This document shows, piece by piece, positions 1 through 10,235 of a DNA stretch of 64,000 nt. A program made the translations under genes and the position numbers. The notes under the pieces are model-generated. The model was not told the origin of the DNA, ran no database searches, and was given only the letters and a program-made list of their open reading frames with translations. Position 1 is the stretch's first letter, and each line of letters opens with the position of its first letter. Origin of the DNA: an uncultured Planctomycetota bacterium (GTDB lineage: Bacteria > Planctomycetota > Planctomycetia > Isosphaerales > Isosphaeraceae); assembly GCA_963823665.1 (NCBI GenBank), contig CAWGMQ010000005.1, positions 224,001-288,000 of the forward strand. Reading direction: 5' to 3'.

Positions 1-2
1 GG

Positions 3-857
3 ACGCGTGACCTCTGTGAACTACACGGAATTGCGCTGGACATGGTGGCTTTGCCATTCTTGTCGTCGAGCCATATCGACCGCGAACCCCGCGGCGCAAT
101 CATGCTTGGGAAAGGTCCCGAGCGCGATCGCGACATCGAACACATTCAAAAGATGATCGCGGCCTGCGCCAAGGCCGGGATTCCGGCATTCAAGTACAAC
201 TTGAGCCTCCTGGGGGTCTTGCGAACCGGGACGACTCCCGGTCGGGGCGGCTCGCGCTACAGCACGTGGCGCCTGGCCGATGCCCGCGAGGATCCGCCTC
301 TGACCAGGGCCGGAAAGGTCACGGCCGACGTCGCCTGGGAGCGGATCACGTATTTCCTCGAGCGCATCATTCCGGTTTGCAACGAGTACAAGGTCCGAGC
401 CGCCTGCCATCCTCACGATCCAGGAGTGCCGGCACGGGGCTTCCAGGGCATCGTTCGCGTGCTGGGAACACCCGAAGGACTCCGCAAGTTCGTCTCGATC
501 CAGGAGAGTCCTTACCACGGACTCAACCTTTGCCTGGGGACCACCGCCGAGATGCTCCAGGACCCGCGCCGCGAGATTCACGACATCATCCGCGAGTTCG
601 GCCGGCGCAAGAAGATCTTCAACATTCACTTCCGCAATATCCGGGGCAAGCGCGACGACTTCCAGGAGGTCTACCCCGACGAAGGCGACATGGACATGCT
701 CCAGGTGGCGTTGACGCTCCACGAAGTCGGCTACGAATTCATGCTGATGCCTGACCACGTGCCCGGCCACCCCGATGACCCGCAAGGGCTGCAAGCCTTC
801 GCGTTCGCGTACGGCTATATCGCCGGCATACTTCAGGCTGTCGCGGCCTTGGCCTGA
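3..857 (+). CDS. Mannonate dehydratase (UxuA)-family protein, 5' end lies before the window
   Basis: Frame is open from position 3. Motifs CHPHDP, GLNLCLGT, IHFRNIRG and MPDHVP are typical of the UxuA family. Confidence 0.8.
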   Translation, partial: TRDLCELHGIALDMVALPFLSSSHIDREPRGAIMLGKGPERDRDIEHIQKMIAACAKAGIPAFKYNLSLLGVLRTGTTPGRGGSRYSTWRLADAREDPPLTRAGKVTADVAWERITYFLERIIPVCNEYKVRAACHPHDPGVPARGFQGIVRVLGTPEGLRKFVSIQESPYHGLNLCLGTTAEMLQDPRREIHDIIREFGRRKKIFNIHFRNIRGKRDDFQEVYPDEGDMDMLQVALTLHEVGYEFMLMPDHVPGHPDDPQGLQAFAFAYGYIAGILQAVAALA

Positions 858-983
858 GAAATGGATCAGTAATGTACCGTTTCTGGTGCCGCTGTATTTA
901 CTTGTCGAGCTGGCGACCGGGATGACCTTACGTCACGCGAGATTGTGGTATCAGTCTCTTCCAGAGCGGAAAGCGCGCACTCA

Positions 984-1856
984 TCATGATCGGTACCTTC
1001 TTGTGCGCAGCAGGGGCGATGGCGGGAACGCGTGGTGCGTATTGTGCCATCCTTCGCCCATCGCCAGAACTCCGAACAAGGCGTTATTACGGCTCTCGTC
1101 GTCGCTTCGGTAAGGCCGCAAGCCCCATAGGTGGCACGCCGAATTGACGCTCCACGTTACATGGTGGACAAGGAAGATGCGGACAAGTCCGCCCCAGATG
1201 AGTCCGGTCCAGACACCCGCCCACGTCCTCGTGATCAGGCCGCCGAGGAATGCCGGGATCAACAGGCCAAGGAAGACCCAAACTGGGAACAGTGCGCTCG
1301 CTACCCGGAGCATCCGACTCCGACTCAAGTCTTGGATGTAGCGATCAAGGTCGGGTGGGTCAGGATCGAATAGCCAGCCGATATGGGCGTGCCAGATTCC
1401 GCGCAAGACACCGAGCACGCCCCCACCGTAGCCGTGGGGCGAATGCGGATCGCCCGCCATGTCGGCGTGCTGGTGGTGGCGTCGATGCATGCCGACCCAC
1501 CTCAAGAGCGGGCCCTCCACCGCCATGGAGCCGAGGATCGCTAACACGAACTTCACCAGGGCACTCGTCTCGAACGAATGGTGGACGAAGAGCCGGTGAT
1601 AGCCGACCGTAATCCCCAGCCCGGTCAATATGTAAAGAGTCAGCAACAGACCCAAGTCGGTCCAGTGGAACCCCCATCCCCACACGATGAATGGGGCGAC
1701 GATCACGCCCAGGAGGGGCATGGTAATGGCGATGAACACCGTCAGTCGCACCGCCAGCGAGACGTGCTCCCGGGCTTCGTGAGGGGCCGGCATCTCGGGA
1801 ATGCGATTTGCGACCGGTAATTCGGTCGTTTCCTTGGTGCAGGGCGGCGCAGTCAT
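984..1856 (-). CDS. Acyl-CoA/acyl-lipid delta-9 fatty acid desaturase, C-terminus appears truncated
   Basis: Three His boxes (HRLFVH, HRRHH, HNTHH), hydrophobic segments and an AAGGAGG RBS before ATG 1856. The protein ends ~13 aa after the third box, without the usual SARHG..W..D tail. Confidence 0.85.
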   Translation of the reverse strand: MTAPPCTKETTELPVANRIPEMPAPHEAREHVSLAVRLTVFIAITMPLLGVIVAPFIVWGWGFHWTDLGLLLTLYILTGLGITVGYHRLFVHHSFETSALVKFVLAILGSMAVEGPLLRWVGMHRRHHQHADMAGDPHSPHGYGGGVLGVLRGIWHAHIGWLFDPDPPDLDRYIQDLSRSRMLRVASALFPVWVFLGLLIPAFLGGLITRTWAGVWTGLIWGGLVRIFLVHHVTWSVNSACHLWGLRPYRSDDESRNNALFGVLAMGEGWHNTHHAFPPSPLLRTRRYRS

Positions 1857-2556
1857 GGCGGTCCTCCTTTCTCGCGCGATACCGTCACGGATCGGTATTC
1901 GAGGCACGCTTTACGTTGACCCGCTCCCAGAAGTAAGACGAGATGCAAAAACCGAGCCGAACCCTTATTCTTTCGGTTTTCCTCCAAAGCGTGCGGGTAA
2001 CTTCGTGCCTTTTTTCACTTGGAAATCTATATAAGAGGATTTTCTGAGGCATGACTCCGCTGTCCGGTGGCGGCTTGCCGCATTGTCTGTCGAAGCTAAG
2101 CCAAACCGCGCCTCGAGCTGGGAGAGGGATGCGATCGTGGCGAACTTCGCCTCGATGAAGGCAAGGTAATCGGATCGAAACGCCGCCAGCACGATCAGGA
2201 ATGCGACCAACTGAAAGAACAGCGCGTCGCTGAACGAGGCCCACGCTCGCTTCCAGAATCCGACAAACGATACGCCGCTGACCTCGATATCCGACCCCCT
2301 TCTCGCCGCTGATTGTAGCCCGGAGTCCAGATGATCACGGCACCAATGCAGCGCAAGAGTGGCCGGCTGAGAGAAATGCCTGGATAACGTGGACCACCTG
2401 CCTTGAGCGCTTTGCCGACTCCAGTCCAGTTTGCCGGAATTTCGTTGCACGGCATCCGCGGTTCGATTCCAATGGATCTTTGGATCAATCGGCCACGGGC
2501 GGTCCATCGAGTCGGACGGCCCTCATCCGGGAAACCCACTGGAAAGAGTGCAAGCC

Positions 2557-3499
2557 ATGCGGTGGATCATCGTCGTCGCAGCCCTTGTCGCTTCGCCGGG
2601 TTGTGGTTGGAGCTCGGAAACTGAGAAATGGCGCCGGACTGCCGAGGATTTTAAGACTCAACTTGAAACAGCCAACACCACCCTCGACCAAGCCCAGAAG
2701 GACCTCAAAGAGGTGGCAGAATCAATCAAAAAAGTTGGGCGCGGCAATGATCGACGCCAGCTCGACGTTGGACCCCTTGGAGATCAGGAAGATTTATGTA
2801 GATAATCGCGATCTGACGGCCGTCGCTGATCAGTTGGAAGCCAGGATCGCTTCGGCTAAACCGGAGGATGGCGATCTGATGCTGACCGACGCCCAGTTGC
2901 GTTTCGATGTGACTGGTTTTAAAGGGCGGTCGGTCGTTCGGGCGTATCTCGACTACGATAGTGCTCCATTCTTGGAGTGCGAGTTGGCGGTGACTGAACC
3001 CGTTCTGTCGTTGCCGTACAATATCGCGACTGGGTTCTATGACGAACTCTTCAAGGCCGACCGCGTTCACGCGAGCGAGACCGAGAGCGCGAGTTCCTTT
3101 TTCCCATTAAACGACGATGCAAAGGACGAAATGACTGCGAAATTTGCCAACGCGCACTTTGCAGCGCGCAGGGGCGAGATCGATAAACGTTACAAAGATG
3201 CAGTCACTTCCGAATTTGGCGCGTACCTCAAGCGAGGAGACTTTGGTACGCCGTGGGGAGTACCGAAGCCGATTTTCCTGGCGCACCAGTTCCGCACCCC
3301 GGGCCGGCACGAAATCCGCATTCAGTTGGAGCCAAAGACGCCGGACTGGGAAGTTCGACTCACGGCTACAGAAGTGGCCAAAGAGAAAAATGACAAAACT
3401 ATCAAGTACTGGCAACTCAATGCCAAAACGACACCACTTCCAAACAACATTCCAACAATGGTCTTCTGGATCAGGTATCGTCCCGAAGACCGAAAATAA
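2557..3499 (+). CDS. Hypothetical exported/lipoprotein with N-terminal coiled coil; frameshift at the A6 run 2728-2733
   Basis: MRWIIVVAALVASPGC signal/lipobox-like start. Removing one A joins ORF 2431..2805 to ORF 2480..3499. Visibly more AT-rich than its flanks. Confidence 0.55.
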
Positions 3500-3511
3500 G
3501 AGACGGGGTGA

Positions 3512-3766
3512 GTCAATGGCGGCCTGACTGACCAGTGGAGCGATCCGAAGGGCGAATTCCTCGCCCTTGTGGCGGCCGGGCCGGTGTACCGGTTGCTCGG
3601 GGGAAAGGATCTGGGCGTCACCGAGCTGCCGCCCCTCGACGCACCCGTCACAACGGGCGATTTGGGCTTCCATTACCACAGCCGCGGGCACATCGCGGTT
3701 CCCGCCGACCGGAAAGCCTGTGTCGACTTCGCCGAGCGCCATTTCCAGGTCCGACGCCGTGACTGA
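3512..3766 (+). pseudogene. C-terminal remnant of a CE15 glucuronoyl esterase-like alpha/beta hydrolase
   Basis: Translates as VNGGLTDQWSDPKGEFLALVAAGPVYRLLG...GFHYHSRGH...DFAERHF. An in-frame TGA at 3509-3511 precedes it and there is no N-terminal part. Confidence 0.65.
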
Positions 3767-4140
3767 CGGCGCGGTGCATTCGGAACCACCCGCCCAAATC
3801 CCATCGGGATCTTCCCCTGCCCCCGCGGTGGGCGGTTTGTCGATGCCGAAACAACCCCAACCGCGCAAATCGACCATGTGACACGCGCCGGCAGTTCAGA
3901 TGACCTCCGTCGAACCCATGGCCCCAACGGGCCCCGGTCAATAGCCACACGGGCTTCAGCCCTTGGCACCTTGAACCGCCGCAGTCAGGGCCATCGCACG
4001 CAACGAACCAGTTGACTAGAATGGCTCACTGGCCGTCCGGGGTTCCTCGGCAAGGTAGCTTGGTGCTAAAGAGCCGCGAGTCTCTCGCGCTCGTCGGCAT
4101 AAGCGCGCGCTGCCGCCAACGGCCCAGAAAGGCTGACTCC

Positions 4141-5213
4141 ATGGCCGCCGACTCGCGTCCGTCCCAAGCCGTTTCCCCTGTCCGCGCCGGAACCGGTATC
4201 GACGGTCTCGACGACATTCTGCGCGGAGGCTTCACTCCCGGCCGGCTGTATCTGCTCGAAGGCGTGCCCGGCTCAGGAAAGACCACGCTGGCAATGCAAT
4301 TCTTGATGGAGGGCGCTCGCCGCGGCGAGCCCGTCTTGTACATAACCCTGTCGGAATCAGAGGCAGAGCTCCGCGAAGTGGCAGCTTCACACGGTTGGTC
4401 GCTGGACGGCATCACGATCCACGAGCTCGTCCCTTCAGAAGAGAGTCTGCGGCCCGACGAGCAGTACACGATGTTCCATCCGTCGGAAATCGAGCTGAGC
4501 GAGACGACGAAGACGATCCTGGCGGACGTGGAGCGAATTAAACCGGCGCGCGTGGTGTTTGATTCGCTTTCGGAGCTGCGGCTCTTGGCGGGCAGTCCGC
4601 TGCGCTACCGCCGGCAGATTCTGGCGCTCAAGCAGTTCTTTAGCGGGAGGCACTGCACCGTCCTGCTTCTGGACGATCTGACCAGCACCGATCGCGACCT
4701 CCAGGTTCAAAGCATTGCACACGGCGTGGTGCGGCTCGAGCAGGTGAACCCAGAGTACGGGGCAGAGCGGCGGCGGCTGGTTGTCATCAAGTATCGCGGC
4801 GTGTCCTGCCGTGGCGGATATCACGACATCTGAACGCCATGCCCGAGGAGCGATTTTTGACCATCCAGCTCCACGAGCTCTTGACCTATCTGGGTCATGC
4901 CGGCGTTGCCACGCTCTTGATTGGCGCTCATCAGGGCCTGATCGGCGGCCCGATGATCTCGCCGGTCGACGCGAGCTACCTCGCAGACGCCGTGATTCTG
5001 CTGCGCTACTTCGAGATGAAGGGCGAGGTTCGGCAGGCCATATCGGTGGTGAAGAAGCGTGGCGGCGAGCACGAGCGCTCGATCCGAGAATTCCGGATGG
5101 AGCGAGGTCGGATCAGTGTTGGGCAGCCCCTGCGCGACTTCCGCGGGGTGCTCACCGGGGTGCCGATTTTCGATCCGGGCCCCGCTCCGCCCAAAGAAGG
5201 GGGAGCCTCGTGA
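4141..5213 (+). pseudogene. KaiC-like RecA-superfamily ATPase with an internal deletion, split into 4141..4833 and 4839..5213
   Basis: Walker A GVPGSGKT and Walker B VVFDS in the first part. After GGYHD the sequence jumps to (Y)LNAMPEERFL..., the end of the second domain. No second Walker A is present. Confidence 0.8.
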
Positions 5214-7174
5214 CCGACACCAACGAGAAAGGACTGGAGCAGCGGGTGCTGGTCCTGGCCCCGACGAGCAAGGACGCAGAGCTGACTCGTTCCGTGCTGG
5301 ACAGGGCAGGCGTTGCATGTTTCGGCTGTCGCGATCTGAACGAGATCTGTGACCAGTTGGATGCGGGCGCGGCCGCCATCTTGCTGCCGGAAGACGCCAT
5401 CATCCAGGACTGTCGCCACCGTTTGGCCGACTGGCTGGGCTGCCAGCCGCCGTGGTCCGACTTACCCGTTTTGATCCTCGCGCGGCCGGGAGCCGACTCC
5501 GCCGCGGTTGCTCAGGCCATGAACCTTCTGGGGAATGTCGTGGTGCTGGAGCGACCGATCCGGATGGCGGCGCTCGTCAGTGCCGTCCGCACGGCCTTGC
5601 GGGCGCGTCAGCGGCAGTACCAGATTCGCAATCATCTCGCCGAACGGGACCGCGACATGCAGGCCCTGGCGCTTCTGGCCGCCATCGTCGCCTCCTCCGA
5701 CGACGCCATCGTCAGCAAAACGTTGGAGGGGACGATCCTTACCTGGAATGCGGGTGCCGAGCGCCTCTTCGGATACTCGGCGGCCGAGGCGATCGGCCAG
5801 CCGATCACGCTGTTGATCCCGGCGGAACGGCATGACGAGGAAAGGGCGCTGCTCGGCCGCCTACGCCAGGGTGAGCGCATCGAGCATTTCGAGACCGTCC
5901 GGGTCGCCAAGGACGGCCGGCAAATCGACGTCTCCTTGACAGTGTCGCCGGTTCGGAATGCTAACGGCAAGATCATTGGCGCATCGAAAATCGCGCGGGA
6001 CATCACCCAGCGCAAGGAAGCCGAAGCGGCGCTGCGCGATGCCGACCGCCGCAAGAACGAGTTTCTGGCGATCCTCGCGCACGAGTTGCGCAACCCCCTC
6101 GCGCCCATTCGCAATTCGTTGCACATTCTGCGCATGTCGGCAGGCAATGACCCAACCGCCGACTCCGTCAGTGAAATCATGGAACGACAGGTTAACCACA
6201 TGGTGCGCCTGGTTGATGACCTGCTCGAAATATCGCGCATCACGCGCGGCGATATCGAATTGCGCGAGGAATCGGTGGAGCTGGCTGCCATTGTGCGCGG
6301 AGCAGTGGAAACCAGCCGGCCGCTCATTGACGGCGCCGGCCACAGACTGGCGATTACGATCCCGCCGGAACCTCTGACCTTGGACGCAGACGCCGTCCGG
6401 TTGACTCAGGTCATCGCCAACCTCCTGAATAATGCGGCGAAGTACACCGACGCGGGCGGGCAAATCTGGCTGACGGTCCGCCGCGAGGGCGAAAGCGTGA
6501 CGATCTCGGTGCGAGACAACGGCACGGGAATCCCGGCGGACATGCTTCCGTATGTATTCGACTTGTTCACGCAGGCAAACCGTTCCTCCGACCGGGCCCA
6601 GGGCGGCCTGGGGATCGGGCTGGCGCTGGTGAAGAGCCTCGTCGAAATGCATGGAGGGAGCGTCCAGGCGCACAGCGAAGGGCCCGGCAAGGGAAGCGAG
6701 TTCGTGGTCCGGCTGCCGCTGGCGGCCAGCCCCCGCCCCTCCGGCAGGGCAGAACCGGAGCCCAGGCCGTCCACCGTGCTCGCCGCACGCCGGGTTCTGG
6801 TCGTCGATGACAACCGCGATGCGGCCGAGAGCTTGGCCATGGTGCTCAAACTGCTCGGCGCCGACGTTCATGTCGTCTACAACGGTCGAGATGCCCTGGA
6901 GGCACTCACAGCCTATCGGCCGGCTGTGGTGCTTCTGGATATCGGCATGCCGAATATGGACGGCCACGAATTGGCACGGCAGATCCGGCAACGTCCTGAA
7001 TTTCAGGACGTCACGCTCATCGCATTGACCGGATGGGGGCAAGAGGAAGATCGCCGCCTGTCCCAAAGCGCTGGATTCAATTACCACTTGGTCAAACCCG
7101 CAGACGCCGGCGCCTTGCAAACGTTGTTGATGTCTCCTCAAGATCGCGACGAAAGCCAGCGAATCGCTACATGA
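5210..7174 (+). CDS. Hybrid sensor histidine kinase/response regulator (degenerate REC, PAS, HisKA, HATPase, REC)
   Basis: SSDDAIVSK PAS domain, LAHELRNPL H-box, NLLNNAAKY, DNGTG and GLGIGL boxes, C-terminal VDDN...LDIGMP receiver. GTG start overlaps the upstream stop (GTGA). Confidence 0.93.
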   Translation: MTDTNEKGLEQRVLVLAPTSKDAELTRSVLDRAGVACFGCRDLNEICDQLDAGAAAILLPEDAIIQDCRHRLADWLGCQPPWSDLPVLILARPGADSAAVAQAMNLLGNVVVLERPIRMAALVSAVRTALRARQRQYQIRNHLAERDRDMQALALLAAIVASSDDAIVSKTLEGTILTWNAGAERLFGYSAAEAIGQPITLLIPAERHDEERALLGRLRQGERIEHFETVRVAKDGRQIDVSLTVSPVRNANGKIIGASKIARDITQRKEAEAALRDADRRKNEFLAILAHELRNPLAPIRNSLHILRMSAGNDPTADSVSEIMERQVNHMVRLVDDLLEISRITRGDIELREESVELAAIVRGAVETSRPLIDGAGHRLAITIPPEPLTLDADAVRLTQVIANLLNNAAKYTDAGGQIWLTVRREGESVTISVRDNGTGIPADMLPYVFDLFTQANRSSDRAQGGLGIGLALVKSLVEMHGGSVQAHSEGPGKGSEFVVRLPLAASPRPSGRAEPEPRPSTVLAARRVLVVDDNRDAAESLAMVLKLLGADVHVVYNGRDALEALTAYRPAVVLLDIGMPNMDGHELARQIRQRPEFQDVTLIALTGWGQEEDRRLSQSAGFNYHLVKPADAGALQTLLMSPQDRDESQRIAT

Positions 7175-7175
7175 T

Positions 7176-7420
7176 TCATGAGCCGGCGGTCACAGGGTCC
7201 AGCAGCACGGCAACGGTGTGGCCGTTGGGCAAGGTGCCGTAACCTGAGATCTGCCCGCGATTGTTGATACCAGTGACAGGTCCCAGCGTGAGACCTGTAC
7301 TGGCTGGAATGAGCGTGTTCAGGTCGATCATCTTGGCATCGCTGTAGAGGAATTGGTCGGCGCCGATTCCAGCCACGTAAGACCAGCCGACCACCTGGTC
7401 GTTATCGTTCATGGCCGTTG
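7176..7420 (-). pseudogene. C-terminal remnant of a HAF-repeat extracellular protein
   Basis: AMNDNDQVVGWS...FLYSDAKMIDLNTLIP...GINNRGQISGYG. No signal peptide or upstream repeats; abuts the ankyrin gene end. Confidence 0.6.
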
Positions 7421-8857
7421 TGCATCGCGCCTTGCTTTGAGCATGACTCGCTGGAGCGCTTCGAGTGTTTCGGCTGAGGGCTTGAAGTTGCCGGGCCGAT
7501 GACCTTCCGCGATCGATAAAGGCGTCCATCCGTACTTGTTCTTGTGGTTCCAGACCTCGATCTTGGCACCTTTGTCGGACAGCAATTGCACGACTTTTGG
7601 AAAGCTCTTGTAGGCTGCGCCGTGCATCGCCGTTTCGCCGTTTTTGTCGACTGCGTTGACGTCGCCACCGAGTTCCAACAGGAACGTGACGGCTTCGAAC
7701 GCCTCGGGCTCGGTCCCGGCCTCTTCGGTGGGTGCGAGACAGCCCAGGCCGGCGGCTGCCATGAGGGGAGTTGCCCCGTCGGCGTTGGCGATTCTCGGAT
7801 CGGCCCCGTGTTCGATCAGCAACCGCAAGAGCGGCAGGTCGGCCGTCATAGAGGCCATGAGAAGCGGCGTTGCACCGGTACGATTGAGAACGCCTCGACC
7901 AGACCGGCCTCGCGTGAGCCTCGCGTCAACGTCCGCTCCGTGTTCGAGGAGTTTTTCGACAAACTGGAGACTCGTCATGTTCCCTGAGCCTTTTGGGGCG
8001 GGGTCGCCGCTCTCTTCGTCACCTCGATTGGGCTTGCGTACCCAGGTGAGCGTATGAAGTGCTGTGAATCCGGATCGCTGGTCGTTGGGATCGGCCCCGG
8101 CGTCCAGCAAGGCGTTTGCGACCTCGAAATGTCCGTTCTCGACCGCCATGATCAAGGGGCTGGTCCCCTTGACGGGCCCCCGAGCGGCTGACCGCTTGGG
8201 CTGCATGGCTTCTTTAACGTCGGCCCCCGCCTTCAGAAGGACGCGGACGACGTCCAACCGCCCCTCGCGCACGGCGAAGAACAGCGCATTGAACCCGGAA
8301 GGCAGTGTCTCATGGAAGTCCGCTCCGGCCTCGAGAAGCGCGTCGACCACGTCGGCGTGCCCTTCCGCCGCGGCCCACATCAAGGCTGTCTGACCGCGGC
8401 GTTCCTTGGCGTTGACGTCGGCCGCGCGAGCAAGAAGCGCCTTCACCGCTCCGAGTTTTCCGGTCCGCGCCGCCGTCATCAGAACCGTCTCATCGCCGCG
8501 CAGTTTCGCATTCGCCTTGGCGCCGGACTCAAGAAGCAGACGAACCATGGATTCATTGCCATTGACGCACGCAAGGGATAGCGGAGTGACGCCATATCGA
8601 TTCGCGGCATTCACATCAGCCTTCGCGCCGATCAGCAGTCTCGCCATTTCAATGTCGTCGTGATGGGCTGCCCAGTGCATGGCGGTCATTCCGTCGATCT
8701 GGGCCTGATTCACGTCGACCTTGCGCTCGATCCATTCACGGACTGAAGCCCGGTCCGACTTCTCGGCGGCGTCGGCCACAGCAGAGTCGGCACGAGCGAG
8801 CGAGACGCAGAAAATGGAAGCGAGCGCCCAGGCAAGGGAGGCATTTAGCGCCAGCAT
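7409..8857 (-). CDS. Secreted ankyrin-repeat protein of the DUF1592-DUF1552 cluster
   Basis: Signal peptide followed by multiple G.TPL..AA ankyrin repeats; GGAG RBS before ATG 8857. Confidence 0.9.
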   Translation of the reverse strand: MLALNASLAWALASIFCVSLARADSAVADAAEKSDRASVREWIERKVDVNQAQIDGMTAMHWAAHHDDIEMARLLIGAKADVNAANRYGVTPLSLACVNGNESMVRLLLESGAKANAKLRGDETVLMTAARTGKLGAVKALLARAADVNAKERRGQTALMWAAAEGHADVVDALLEAGADFHETLPSGFNALFFAVREGRLDVVRVLLKAGADVKEAMQPKRSAARGPVKGTSPLIMAVENGHFEVANALLDAGADPNDQRSGFTALHTLTWVRKPNRGDEESGDPAPKGSGNMTSLQFVEKLLEHGADVDARLTRGRSGRGVLNRTGATPLLMASMTADLPLLRLLIEHGADPRIANADGATPLMAAAGLGCLAPTEEAGTEPEAFEAVTFLLELGGDVNAVDKNGETAMHGAAYKSFPKVVQLLSDKGAKIEVWNHKNKYGWTPLSIAEGHRPGNFKPSAETLEALQRVMLKARRDAQRP

Positions 8858-8885
8858 GATCAACTCCAATTCGGTCGGTCGAGCC

Positions 8886-10235
8886 TCAGATCGAGAGCGG
8901 CCCGAACAGGTCGTCGACCTTTCCTTGACTGTCGGCGAACGAGTCCAGCCGCACTCCCACCTTATCGAGCAAAGTGAGATGCAGGTTGGCCAGCGGGGTC
9001 GGCTTCTCGAATCGAATGTGCTGGTTGCCCTTCATGTTGCCTGCTGCGCCACCCGCAACGAGGATGGGCAGGTTCGTGTGGTCGTGGACGTTGGGGTTGC
9101 CCATGCCGCTGCCGTAGAGGTAGAGCGAGTGGTCGAGCAGTGTGCCGTTGCCCTCGTTTGTTGCCTTCAGCTTGGCGATGAATTCGGCGAACAGCGAAAC
9201 GTGGAACTGGTTGATCTTGGCCATCCGCGCGATCTTGGCCGGGTCGTTGCCGTGGTGGGTGAGCGGGTGATGCGGGTCGGGCACGCCGATCTCGGGGTAC
9301 GTCCGGTTACTGGTTTCGCGGGCGAGCTGAAACGTGATGACTCGCGTGACGTCGCCCTGAAGGGCGAGGACCTGGAGATCGAACATCAGTCGGGCGTGTT
9401 CCGCGTAGGAGGAGGGAACTCCCACGGGACGATCAAGGTCGGGTAGGTCGTGATCGTTTGCGTCGGCCTCGGCCTTCTGGATCCTGCGCTCGACTTCGCG
9501 CACGGTTTCCAGATATTGACCGACCCGAGCCCGATCGGCCGGGCCGAGCTTTTTCTTGAGGCTGGCAATTTCCTCGTTCACGGAATCCAGCAGACTGGCC
9601 CGCTTCTTCAAAGCTGCGCGGCGCAGGGCGGCGTCGCCACCTTCGCCGAATAGACGCTCGAAGACGATTCGTGGATGGGCCTCGGACGGGAGCGGCGTGG
9701 TGGGTGATGACCACGAGAGGTTGTTCTGGTAGACGCAGGCGTATCCGTTGTCGCACTGGCCGACAATGGAGAGCAAATCCATCGACATCTCGAGCGACGG
9801 CAACTGCGTTTCCTGCCCGATCTGCTGGGCGGCGATCTGGTCCACGGTCGTGCCGAGGTAGTAATCGGTGCTCTCGGTCAGCTTTGCCCTGGCCGCGCTC
9901 AGGAACGCGCAGTTGGACGTTGCGTGCGTGCCGGGATAGGCGTTACGCAGTTCCAGGTTGCTGATCGCTGTCACGAACTGCCGCACCGGGGCCAGAGGGC
10001 TCAAGGTTGGCGAGAGTTCGTCGAGCGTTTTCGCATTTGGAGGGGTCCAGCGCGTCAGGTCGCAGCCCATCGGCATGTAGATGAATCCCAGGCGGCGAAG
10101 ACTTGCCGGGGCGGCGGGGGTCGCGGCCAGGGCGGTCATGGACGGGACCATCGCATCCAGCAGCGGCAGTGCCAGCGTGGTCCCCAATCCGCGGAGGAAC
10201 GTCCGGCGCGGCATGGCCTTCTTCGTGATGATCAT
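8886..10235 (-). CDS. DUF1552 domain protein with Tat-like signal
   Basis: MPRRTFLRGLGTTLALPLLDAM start, DPHHPLTHH and YGSGMGNPNVH motifs, canonical position after DUF1592. Confidence 0.9.
   Translation of the reverse strand: MIITKKAMPRRTFLRGLGTTLALPLLDAMVPSMTALAATPAAPASLRRLGFIYMPMGCDLTRWTPPNAKTLDELSPTLSPLAPVRQFVTAISNLELRNAYPGTHATSNCAFLSAARAKLTESTDYYLGTTVDQIAAQQIGQETQLPSLEMSMDLLSIVGQCDNGYACVYQNNLSWSSPTTPLPSEAHPRIVFERLFGEGGDAALRRAALKKRASLLDSVNEEIASLKKKLGPADRARVGQYLETVREVERRIQKAEADANDHDLPDLDRPVGVPSSYAEHARLMFDLQVLALQGDVTRVITFQLARETSNRTYPEIGVPDPHHPLTHHGNDPAKIARMAKINQFHVSLFAEFIAKLKATNEGNGTLLDHSLYLYGSGMGNPNVHDHTNLPILVAGGAAGNMKGNQHIRFEKPTPLANLHLTLLDKVGVRLDSFADSQGKVDDLFGPLSI

Noticed and set aside
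1965..2507. Minus-strand 180-aa ORF with a hydrophobic segment
   Set aside because: No recognisable family or clear start; it may be a remnant but cannot be supported.
2727..2734. AAAAAAG as a programmed -1 frameshift site
   Set aside because: The downstream ORF needs a +1 shift, so an extra A from sequencing or slippage is the simpler explanation.
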